Position numbers and translations under genes: made by a program. Below, piece by piece: positions 1 through 10,200 of a stretch of 64,000 nucleotides of DNA. Positions within the stretch are counted from its first letter, which is position 1. The number at the start of each line of letters is the position of its first letter. Under the pieces are notes generated by a model that was not told the origin of the DNA, made no database searches, and was given only the letters and a program-made list of their open reading frames with translations. Origin of the DNA: Eledone cirrhosa (taxonomy: Eukaryota); NCBI GenBank assembly GCA_964016885.1, contig OZ024743.1, positions 178,436,001 through 178,500,000 of the forward strand. The letters run 5' to 3'.

Positions 1-8
1 TATAAATG

Positions 9-14
<6 letters not shown>

Positions 15-50
<36 letters not shown>

Positions 51-99
51 CTCTTTTACCTGTTTCAGCCATCCGGCTGAGGCCATGCTGGGGCACCGC

Positions 100-177
<78 letters not shown>

Positions 178-226
178 TTGTGTATATATATATGTGGAAG
201 TCTGTGATCTATATACTCTGGTCATA

Positions 227-306
<80 letters not shown>

Positions 307-350
307 CCCACCCACATATATATAAACACACACACTCATATATATATATA
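15..350. repeat. Compound (TA)n/(CA)n microsatellite cluster
   Basis: (TA)n at ~15-47 and ~103-170, (CA)n at ~227-291, further TA/CA runs to ~350. Explains the YIYI/THTH ORFs. Confidence 0.97.
48..102 (+). mobile_element. Short fragment of an abundant octopus-type interspersed repeat between (TA)n runs
   Basis: TTACTCTTTTACCTGTTTCAGCCATCCGGCTGAGGCCATGCTGGGGCACCGCC resembles, from memory, the common octopus repeat TACTCTTTTACTTGTTTCAGTCATTTGACTGCGGCCATGCTGGAGCACCGCC. Not searched; strand nominal. Confidence 0.6.
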
Positions 351-370
351 TGCACAACAACACCACCAGC

Positions 371-485
371 TCTCACTCTTCCATTTTCCTTCTCTGTCTC
401 CTCTCTCTCTCTCTATGTCTCTCTTTCAATCTACTCTCTCACAACCACTGTCCCCTTCTCTCTATCTTTCTCTCTCTCATTCTCT
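371..485. repeat. Degenerate (CT)n pyrimidine tract
   Basis: CT-rich imperfect repeat; a similar tract lies at ~1284-1373. Confidence 0.85.
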
Positions 486-711
486 GTTTATGAAGGTACC
501 CGGAAAAACACAATATCTCGGGTTCCCATGCTCCGATTTACGCGAAACTTGTTTTAATCCATTTGTATTCCCATTTCAGGGTCAACTTCCTTTCAAAGTA
601 TTTCCCATTATGCGCCCTTTTGGCTGTATTACATTACAGACAAGCAAGCAAGCAATCGCAGGATTTTAGTAATATATAGATAGATTAGTCTTTGGCTATG
701 ATAAATAAGAA

Positions 712-870
712 GGCGGTGAATTGGTAAAGTTGTTAGAACGTTGGATAGCATGGTTTGCGGTATTCATCCGGTTCTCTGCTCTCTGAGTTCAAATCCCACC
801 GTGGTCAACTTTACCTTTCATCCATTCGAGATCGATAAAAAAAATGTACCAGTCAAGTACTAGGGTCGAT
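712..870 (+). mobile_element. tRNA-derived SINE, family A
   Basis: 5' GGCGGTGAATTGG.. A-box-like head, B-box GAGTTCAAATCC, body GGTCAACTTTACCTTTCATCCATTCGAGATCGATAAAA..GTACCAGTCAAGTACTAGGGTCGAT. Homologous to several other copies in the window. Confidence 0.85.
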
Positions 871-1394
871 TTCTCACTTCCAGTCTCTCACTCTCTATCC
901 TTCTTTGGAAGAAATCTGCTCTATTCAGACGTAGATATGAGATGGGCTCCGCCAGGTTTAAGAATAATATGCCATAGAACGCTGCATATCATTACAGCAC
1001 CCCGACGAATCCATCGTGAATTACGAGAGCATACATATTCTTCCATGGAGATCGAAACCAGATTTTGCTTTCGGTGCATTATACATCGTTTACAGTGATA
1101 CTCACTTCTCAGTAATAAATCTTCTGCTTGAATCGCTCAATGCTTTCAACTAAGACATTACACAAGTTGGCATTGTTCCTAACGTAAATATAGTAGAATT
1201 CTATTGAGCTTCTACCCTTTGTCTCTAGCTCTGCAGTCAATTTCTCTTCCATTTCCTTCACATCTTCAATTTATTGTCTATCTTCTCACTGTTTCTCTCT
1301 CTCACTCTTTCACACTCACTCTATCGTTTTCTCTCTCTCTCCCTCCCGCTCTCCTTCTCTCTCTCACTCTCTCACATATACACGCATGCACGCA

Positions 1395-1462
1395 TATATA
1401 TATATATATATAAATGTGTGTGAGTGTTCGTGTACACACATTATATATATAAATATCTATCC

Positions 1463-1500
<38 letters not shown>

Positions 1501-1507
1501 TATATTA

Positions 1508-1548
<41 letters not shown>
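1395..1548. repeat. (TA)n/(CA)n microsatellites
   Basis: Direct dinucleotide runs. Confidence 0.95.
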
Positions 1549-1552
<4 letters not shown>

Positions 1553-1797
1553 TAATTATAAACTCTATGTCAGGAAACTGGAAACTTAGTGAATTAAAGT
1601 GTTCAGTATATTCTCCATAGACAGTGTCCAAATATGCTGAGGAATTCTGATGTAATAAAATGTCGAGAAGGAAATTCAAACTACATCAACTTAATTAAGT
1701 AGCCCCCCCCCCCCCCCCATCTTCTATTAAAGGCTTTTGCCCATCAATAGGGAAAATGAGACTTCAAAGCCGGTCTAACGAATGTCTAACTTGTTAT

Positions 1798-1985
1798 TGG
1801 ATTGGCAGTGTCGGTAGAGGTTCGGACGCCATTCTTTGCAGCATAGAGTTACGGCCCTTGTCATTCTGAGTTCAAATCCCGCCGAGGTTGACTTTGCCTT
1901 TCATCCTTACGGGGTCGATAAAATAAAGTACCAGTAATTCACTGGGATAATTGCTGGCCTTGTGCCAAAAGTACCAACAATTATT
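1798..1985 (+). mobile_element. SINE family A copy with internal 3' deletion; closest relative of the satellite-embedded SINEs
   Basis: TGGATTGGCAGTGTCGGTAGAGG..GAGTTCAAATCCCGCCGAGGTTGACTTTGCCTTTCATCCTTACGGGGTCGATAAAATAAAGTACCAGTAATTCACTGGGATAATTGCTGGCCTTGTGCC. Lacks the GTCGAT..CCCCTCCCC segment present in the 2278-2490 copy. Confidence 0.88.
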
Positions 1986-1990
1986 ACAAG

Positions 1991-2238
1991 GGCGATTTAA
2001 TCGATTTTCCCCTCCCCCAAATTACTGGCCTTGTGCCATTATTGTCGGACAACCTGTTTATCTGCATAGAGTTACGGCCATTTACATTCTGAGTTCAAAT
2101 CCAACCGAGGTTAGCTTCGTTTTTCATCCTTGCAGGTTCGATAAAATAAAGTACCAGTCACATACTGGTGTCGATGTAATCGATTCCACCACAAGAAAAA
2201 AAGAATTGCTGGTCTTGCGACAAAATCAGACACCAATA
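1991..2238 (+). mobile_element. SINE family A: isolated 3' fragment (1991-2038) followed by a 5'-truncated copy (2047-2238)
   Basis: CGATTTAATCGATTTTCCCCTCCCCCAAATTACTGGCCTTGTGCC, then GCATAGAGTTACGGCC..GAGTTCAAATCC..CGATAAAATAAAGTACCAGTC..AATTGCTGGTCTTG. Confidence 0.8.
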
Positions 2239-2277
2239 TTATTTTATATATTTATTTATTTATTTATTGAAAGTTAG

Positions 2278-2490
2278 TGGATTGGCAGTATCGGTAGGGC
2301 GCTGGACAACGTGCTTCGTGGCGTAGAGTTATGGCCCTTTCCGTTCGGAGTTCAAATCCTGCTGAAGTTAGCTTTGTCTTTCATCCTTACGTGGTAGATA
2401 AAATAAAGTACCAGTAATGTACTGGGGTCGATTAAATAGACTTTCCCCTCCCCTCAATAATGCTGGCCTTGTGTCTAAATCAAAAACCCG
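2278..2490 (+). mobile_element. SINE family A copy, near full length
   Basis: TGGATTGGCAGTATCGGTAGGGC..GAGTTCAAATCC..TTTCATCCTTACGTGGTAGATAAAATAAAGTACCAGTAATGTACTGGGGTCGATT..CCCCTCCCC..TGCTGGCCTTGTG. Confidence 0.85.
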
Positions 2491-2734
2491 TATTTTTATT
2501 ATTAACTGTTTTATCTCTATAAGACGAGTTTTGGATGTGTCCATAAGCTTGTTGTTTGTTTGCCTACATTTAAATATGCTTCTGCTGATAGTTCTAAACT
2601 GTTGTGAAGGTACTCCAGCCGAGATTCTAGAAAGACATTAGAGGCAACGTTTGTATATTTCAACAACAAACACATGACATGTTTATTTGAGAGTCAAAAT
2701 AATAAACGGTTCTGTGATTACGTCTTCGTGACTC

Positions 2735-2961
2735 TAAAGTCTAAATAATGTCTCGAGCCCGCAAACTCATCAGGCCGGTTCTCATCCTAGTTTCCCTGGC
2801 GTGAAGCGACTGGGAGTAAAATACCTCTTCCTTGGAGAGGAGGCCAGTCCATTGCAAGGTTAAGCCACCAGATAGTGCTGTTACTCATTTTCAGTTGAGT
2901 ATGCTGGAGCAACGTAAAATTAAGAGTTTTCCTCAAGAACACAACACACCACCCAGTCCAG
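2735..2961 (-). mobile_element. SINE family B body (CORE-like plus Meta/MESC-like domains); tRNA head missing
   Basis: Reverse complement reads ..GTGTTGTGTTCTTGAGGAAAACTCTTAATTTTACGTTGCTCCAGCATACTCAACTGAAAATGAGT (CORE-like) and GCAATGGACTGGCCTCC..TACTCCCAGTCGCTTCACGCCAGGGAAAC (Meta/MESC-like, from memory). Homologous to ~6997-7225. Confidence 0.7.
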
Positions 2962-3267
2962 CGATAATGTAGTACAATACACTGTTTTCCATATGCTTGT
3001 ACCGCCATATATGGATCAGCACAGCACAAGGGTGACAGTCAGTTGTACTCATAGCGACATTTACCCCTGGATCGCTGTCACCTTTGTAGCTTAATACGGA
3101 AAGGTGGTATATATGGAAGAACGACATTTTGTAGGGATTTGCAAGTACTTACAGCTTATCAAAGCAACGGGGACATTACGGGCATGTTTCCGGTCATGGG
3201 CACAGAAACACGAACAATGAGACTGGCTGCGCAGATCAGAAATCTTAGATGCAAGCTCCACTTGTGA

Positions 3268-3324
3268 CTATTATTACTACTACTACTAGTAGTACTACTA
3301 CTTCTTCTTCTTCGTCGTCGTCGT
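3268..3324. repeat. Compound trinucleotide microsatellite (TAT)/(TAC)/(TTC)/(TCG)
   Basis: CTATTATTACTACTACTACTAGTAGTACTACTACTTCTTCTTCTTCGTCGTCGTCGT. Confidence 0.9.
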
Positions 3325-4837
3325 AGGGGCAGAAGCCTCAAACACTTCTTCCAGCGGGCTCTTGTGAACTTTCTGTGCCAAAACGTTTGGAAAGTATATA
3401 AAGAGGAAGAGAGTGATATATGAATAGCAGCAGAACTTGCAACAACAACAACAGCAGGTCTCAAATGTTATTATTCCAATAGAATCGCCAGTCTAAGCCC
3501 TACAAACTAGCAAAGGAGTTACCTCGTTGTTTGTCTCAGATGTTCATGATACCAAATCACCTCAAACTAGAATTAAAAGTCTATAGAACCGATATAAGGA
3601 AGATATAATGTATGAACGGTAAGATATACTTCCAATATACAGAAGACATATAGACAGTAGGGTATTGGCGAAGACCCATATCAATAATTTGCCATAATAC
3701 AAAACAGAAACTCCATTAACACGTTGAATGCTTATTAGTGTACACATCTCAATACCAGAAAAGTGAATGGCGGGCAGAATCCTTGAAGCTCTGATCTAAA
3801 TTATTTTGTGGGTTTTTACCCATTTGTGATAGAATCATTCAGTTTGTGATTCATGATGAAATTATGTTGTTTTAATTATTCAGCGTTTTATTTCTATAAT
3901 ATTTGTTTGATTTTTACCGAATTTAAAAATATTTTCATCATATAACGTATTTACATCTCCCATTGTTTGTATATATCTTTGTCATATCTATCACCACATA
4001 ATTCTAACTTCCATCTCTTACTGGTTTATCCCTTCGTTTCTATGATCCCTTGTGGATAATAATGAGTATATTATTATCAGTATTATCATCATGCCATTGT
4101 ATCTTTTTTTAATTTTATAATCATGTGATTAAATTATTTAATGAAATAATGAATAGAGAATTAATTAGAAACAAACAAACAAAAAAAACCTTGAAAATTA
4201 AACAACGAAACAAATGTTTAAATAAATAAATAAATTTCAACTTCAAGGAACAATGAGTAATTTGTTTGATAATGGTGTCCGTAATGAGATTTAAATAAAC
4301 GACGAACGCTTCATAATTTGCAGAATTACGTTCTCGATCCCACCATTGCTCCCCTCTACACCCTCTTTCTCTCTCTCTCTCCAAATCTATTAACATTATA
4401 TTGAATATAATTACATCAATTAAATTCTAATGATGCTCTTTCATCCGGGAATATAGAAATGAAAGTGCCAATAATACTTCAATATAATGTAAATTGGGAA
4501 TAATTTCATTTTTTTTTTCTATTAATTTTCAATTAAGAGAAACATTTCTCTAAATACAAAAGAGACCAGTTATAATATACTCTAGCCGGCTGATGACCTT
4601 ATTACACCTTGCTCTCCTGAATTTGTCGAGTGATTCAAACGCAAGCTGCTGAGTTGTCGTATTGTGTGGTGGTGTGGTGAGAACCGTAGTAGGAGAACTA
4701 AATATCCAACGAATGATTCTCCGAATTAGTTTCGATTTCAGTTTAAGAATTCCTTCAGTTATGCTAAAAGCTAATGAACATTTGACTGTACCAGTCATTA
4801 CAATTGAGAGATAATTTTTACCATTAAGTTAAAAAGC

Positions 4838-5225
4838 CTTACCTGTAATCATGAATCTTGTGTTATTACCGAACGAATACGATCGCGAATACAAGCAGTT
4901 GAAATGGGGTACCTCTGATAAAGTGCGTGGCTCGGAGATCAGAGAATCACTTTAGGTACAGCTGCTACTTCTCCGAATTGAGAGATCACAGCTCCGATAC
5001 TATGGACATGTGGTTAGAAAAAAAATGCTGGGTAGATTTTATGGGCAAAACCAACCGGCAGGAGATCCAGGGGTAAAACCTGAGCAAGAGGGTTGGATAG
5101 ATTCATGAGCTCAACTGGTCTCACTTGGGTATCCAGCCGGCTGAGTTGGAGATGGTTGCTTCTGACAGGATACGCTTTTGAGAACTCTTATCCCACAACC
5201 CTCTCAGGAATAAGTGGGCTGAAAA
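4838..5225 (+). mobile_element. Decayed 3' end of an RTE-clade (Rex3/Expander-like) LINE ORF
   Basis: Manual translation across frameshifts and stops: LTCNHESCVITERIRSRIQAVEMGYL / DKVRGSEIRESL*VQLLLLRIERSQLRYYGHVVR / AKPTGRRSRGK / IHELNWSHLGIQPAELEMVASDR. Collinear with the RTE C-terminal pattern LTYGHE.W.MTER.RSRIQAAEM..L..D.VRSS..RE.L.VEPLLL.IERSQLRW.GH..R..PTGRRPRGRP..W..LGI.P.EL. Confidence 0.85.
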
Positions 5226-5415
5226 TTCGTATTCTTTTACATTGCTTTCTTTGATGTATGTACATTGGTGTCGTAGGGGCGCCGTAGTGGCATATGGCAT
5301 TTATTGAGCATTTTAAACCTGGCGGAATACATCTCATCTCAAGGTTTGAGATCAGCAGATTTCGTCCAGAGAAGGATTGGGAATGGAAGAAAAAAAGTGA
5401 GAAAAAGATATAGGG

Positions 5416-5573
5416 GAATCGACTCCAGTTCTAGATTGGTACTTTTTGAATCGACCTCGAAAGGATAAAATATAAAGTTGAGCTCGGTGGGATTTGAACT
5501 AAGAGAGCAGAGAGCCAAAGCTAATGCTCAAAATATTCTATCTACGTTCTAACGACTCTGCCAATTTGCTGTC
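5416..5573 (-). mobile_element. SINE family A copy, diverged
   Basis: Plus strand AATCGACTCCAG..TGGTACTTTTTGAATCGACCTCGAAAGGATAAAA..GGTGGGATTTGAACT..TCTAACGACTCTGCCAAT is the reverse complement of family A, including the B box. Confidence 0.8.
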
Positions 5574-5854
5574 TTACTATTTATCATATTCAGTAATTAG
5601 CGTTTCAAATCCTCTCTCTATATATATATACATATGCCCTCTCTATCTCTCCTCTTCTCTCTATATATATTTCTCCCCCCCCCCCCCATCCTCTCAGTCT
5701 CATCACCTATGTCCTACCATCCCCTCTATTGATATTCTATACGTTTATATTAGACAATGTTAAAACCTAACATCATGTTAGATGTTGTCTACTGTAGATT
5801 CCACAACCTCCCGCTTTAAAAACAACATACGCAAAATCAAAATAATATAAACAA

Positions 5855-5897
5855 ATATATATATATGTGTGAAAGAGTGCCTATATGTGTGTATCAT

Positions 5898-5989
<92 letters not shown>

Positions 5990-6061
5990 GTATATATATA
6001 TACATAAATACATACATACATACATACATACATACATACATACATACATACATACATACAT
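5855..6061. repeat. (TA)n, (TG)n and (CATA)n microsatellites
   Basis: Direct runs; (CATA)n at ~5999-6061. Confidence 0.95.
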
Positions 6062-6312
6062 GGTGGCTGCCAACTCGTTTTCGAGTACGGCCACTACTTT
6101 ATATCCATGTAGGAGAACCCCTACCGATGCGCTGAACGAGTGTGACTTTTTAGTCCAGCCAGCGACTTGAAAACTCTGGTACAAACACTACACTTGTGAC
6201 AATTATTGACACATAGTGTTGGGTCCATGGTACCATGTGACGACAAGTGCAGAGAGATCTCCAGATATAAAGCAATGTCTGTGCCGTGAAGCTTTTATAG
6301 TGAGCAAAGGCA

Positions 6313-6389
6313 CATACATACATACATACATACATACATACATACATACATACATACATACATACATACATACATACATACATACATAC
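6313..6389. repeat. (CATA)n tetranucleotide microsatellite
   Basis: Perfect CATA run. Confidence 0.97.
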
Positions 6390-6603
6390 CCGCTTGGACC
6401 AATGTATAACTGAACTTGGATTTGCGGACAAAGAGCGCAGCTCCCTAATTCATAGTCTACAAATGGCTGCGATAGCTGGCACCTTCAATATTTTCAAAAC
6501 ATTCTTGCGATTCAAGGGATGACAATTTCTTTTCTTTTATAACATTGCCACCAGGAAGGTGGCCGGTCAAAATATACTCGAATTTAAGAGAAAGAGATAA
6601 TAA
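6390..6603 (+). mobile_element. 5'-truncated 3' end of an RLE-type (R4/Dong-like) non-LTR retrotransposon inside (CATA)n
   Basis: Open frame 6391-6522 [43 protein letters not shown] resembles, from memory, the C-terminus after the restriction-like endonuclease of R4/Dong-like elements (L...L.ELGF...E...LI..LQ..A..GT..I.KTFL.F). It is followed by an ~80-bp 3'UTR and flanked by (CATA)n on both sides. Confidence 0.6.
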
Positions 6604-6690
6604 CATACATACATACATACATACATACATACATACATACATACATACATACATACATACATACATACATACATACATACATACACACAC
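6604..6690. repeat. (CATA)n microsatellite ending in (CA)n
   Basis: Perfect CATA run. Confidence 0.97.
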
Positions 6691-6996
6691 ATTGCTGTTC
6701 AACTCTTTAACAGTAAACACTGGGGAACATCCTTATAAATGCCAAAAATGAAGCAGCTGGAATTATAAGTGTGAATGAATAAAAACATCGTTGGCTGATC
6801 ACCAAATTGTTGGTAACGAGGAGCCAGGAGCTATGGAATCAATATAGTAAAAACAAGTCTTCTAGAAAAAAAGGTAACATATCAATCTATATAGATCCGA
6901 AATATTTAAAGTATATGTAGATTTATAACATCTTAGTACATCTAACATCGTTAGTTACTTGACAAGGGAGACTACTTGGGCGGCTTCCATGATCCT

Positions 6997-7240
6997 AAAA
7001 GTCTGTTTCGAACCAGCTCGTTCATCAGGTTGGTGCTAATCGACTGTTGGTGCTAATCCAACACACCACACCATGGCGTTAAGCGTCTGATTGTACAAGA
7101 TTCTGCCAACCTGGAAAGTATGCCAGCCCCCAGCTATTGCTTTCACTCATTTCAACTGACTATACTGGAGAAACGTGAAGTGAAGTGAATTCTCAACCCA
7201 GTCCAGGAATTGAAGGCACAGCATTCTGATCGCAAGTCCT
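6997..7240 (-). mobile_element. SINE family B copy whose tRNA head runs directly into the satellite
   Basis: Collinear with 2735-2961 (TCATCAGG..TGGCGTTAAGCG..GCCAG..ACTCATTTCAACTGACTATACTGGAGAAACGTGAAGTGAAG..CTCAA..CCCAGTCCAG). Continues into GGAATTGAAG (reverse complement CTTCAATTCC, a degenerate B box) and then the first monomer. Confidence 0.75.
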
Positions 7241-10200
7241 ACACACCATGACATTATGATCGCAAGTCCAACACACCATGACATAATGATCGTAAGTCCA
7301 ACACACGACGACATAATGATCGTATGTCCAACACACGACGACATAATGATCGTAAGTCTAACACACCATGACATTATGACCGTAAGTCCAACACACGACG
7401 ACATTATGACCTTAAGTCCAACACACCACACCATAATGATCGTAAGTCCAACACACCACATCATTATGATCGTAAGTCAAACACACCACACCATTATGAT
7501 CGTCGGTCCAACACACCACGACATTATGTTCGTACGTCCAACACCCCACGACATTATGATCGTAAGTCCTGCAGACCACACCATTATGACGGTAGGTCCA
7601 ACACACCATGATATAATAGGCGTAAGTCCAACACACCACACCATTATGATCGTAATTCCAACACACCACGACATTATAATCGTAAGTCCAACACACCACA
7701 CCATTATGATCGTAAGTCCAACACACCATGACATTATGATCTTCTTAAGTCCAACACACCATAACATTATGACCGTATGTCGAACACACCATGACATTAT
7801 GTCCGCAAGTCTAGCACACCATGACATTATGACCGTAAGTCCAACACACCATGACATTATGACCGTAACTCCAACACACGACGACATTATGACCGTAAGT
7901 CCAACACACCACGACCTAATGATCGTAATCCACACACCACACCATTATGATCGTAATTCCAACACACCACGACATTATAATCGTAAGTCCAACACACCAC
8001 ACCATTATGATCGTAAGTCCAACACACCGTGACATTATGATCTTCTTAAGTCCAACACACCATAACATTATGACCGTATGTCCAACACACAATGACATTA
8101 TGACCGCAAGTCTAATATACCATGACATATGACCGTAAGTCCGACACACCATGACATTATGGCCGTAACTCCAACACACGAGGACATTATGACCGTAAGT
8201 CCAACACACCACGACCTAATGATCGTAAGTCCAACACACCACACAGTACTGATCGTAAGTCCAACACACCACACCATTATGATCGTCGGTCCAACACACC
8301 ACGACATTATGTTCGTAGGTCCAACACCCCACGACATTATGATCGTAAGTCCAACACACCGCACCATTATGATTCTCGGTCCAACACACCATGACATTAT
8401 GACCGTAAGTCCAACACACGACGACATATTGATCGTAAGTTCAACACACCACGGCATAAGGATCGTAAGTCCAACACACCACACCATAATGATCCTAAGT
8501 CAAACACACCACACAATTATGACCGTAGGTCCAACACACCACGACAGAATGATCGCAAGTCCAATACACCACACCATAATGATCGCAAGTCCAACACCCC
8601 ACGACATTATGATCGTAAGGCCAATACACAACACCATTATGACCGTAAGTCTAACACACAATGATATTATGATCGTAAGACTAACACACCATGACATAAT
8701 GATCCTAAGTCCAACACACCATGACATAATGACCGTACGTCCAACACACCACACCATTATGATCGTAAGTCCAACACACCATGACATTATGATCTTCTTT
8801 AGTCCAACACACCATAACATTATGACCGTATGTCGAACACACCATGACATTATGACCGCAAGTCCAACACACCACGGCATGTTGACCGTAAGTCCAACAC
8901 ACCACACCATTATGATCGTAAGTCCAGCACACCACGACATAATGATCGTAAGTCCAACACAACACAACATAATGATCGTAACTCCAACACACCACGGCAT
9001 AATGATCGTAAGTCCAACGGATCATGACAATATGAACCGCAAGTTTAACACACCATGACATTATGATCTTATTAAGTCCAACACACCATGACATTATGAG
9101 CGTATGTCCAACACACCATGACATTATGACCGCAAGTCCAACACACCACACCAATATGACCGTAAGTCTAACACACCATGACATTAAGATCGTAAGACTA
9201 ACACACCATGACATAATGACCGTACGTCCAACACACCACACCATTATTATCGTAAGTCCAACACACCAAGACATTATGATCTTCTTTAATCCAACACACC
9301 ATAACATTATGACTGTTTGTCGAACACAACATGACATTATGACCCTAAGTCCAACACACGATGACATAATGACCGTAAGTCCAACTCACCACACCATTAT
9401 GATCGTAAGTCCAGCACACCACGACATAATGATCGTAAGTAAAACACACCATGACATTATGATCGTAACTCCAAGACACCACGGCATAATGATCGTAAGT
9501 CCAACACACCATGACATTATGATCTTATTAAGTCCAACACACCATAACATTATAGCCGTATGTCCAACAGACCATGACATTATGACCTCAAGTATAAGAC
9601 ACCACGACATTATAATTGTAAGTCTAACACACCATGACATAATGACCGTACGTCCAACACACCATGACATAGTGACCGTACGTCCAACACACCACACCAT
9701 TATGATCGTAAGTCCAACACACCACACCATTATGATCGTAAGTCTAACACACCACACCATAATGATCATAAGTCCAACACACCACGCCATTATGACCGTA
9801 AGTCCAACACACCATGATACAATGAACGTAAGACCAACACACCACACAATTATCATCGTAAGTTCAACACACCACGACATTATGATCGTAGGTCCAACAC
9901 ACCTCACCATTATGATCGTTAGTCTACCACACCACATCATTATGATCGTAAGTCCAACACACCATGACATTATGATCGTAAGTCCAAAACACCACGACAT
10001 AATGTTCGTAGGTCCAACACACCACACCATTATGATCGTTAGTCTACCACACCATGCCATTATGATCGTTAGTCTAACACACCACACCATTATGATCGTA
10101 AGTCCAACACACGATGACATAATGACCGTAAGTCAAACACACCACACCATTATGATTGTCTGTCCAACACACCACGACATTATGATCCTAAGTTCAACAC

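Noticed and set aside
1098-1190. Possible minus-strand exon (TTAG acceptor, GTGAGT donor; NNANLCNVLVESIERFKQKIYY*)
   Set aside because: All three frames contain stops within about 73 bp, and there is no recognisable homology or partner exon.
1703-1718. C16 homopolymer as a regulatory or G-quadruplex element
   Set aside because: An isolated homopolymer with no supporting context.
3268-3400. Minus-strand LINE 3' end (ARWKKCLRLLPL followed by a GAC/GAA/GTA repeat tail)
   Set aside because: Suggestive of an RTE tail but too short to support without a search.
8-6751. Short ORFs in the flank (YIYI, THTH, MYVC, LSLS repeats)
   Set aside because: They derive from microsatellites and SINEs.
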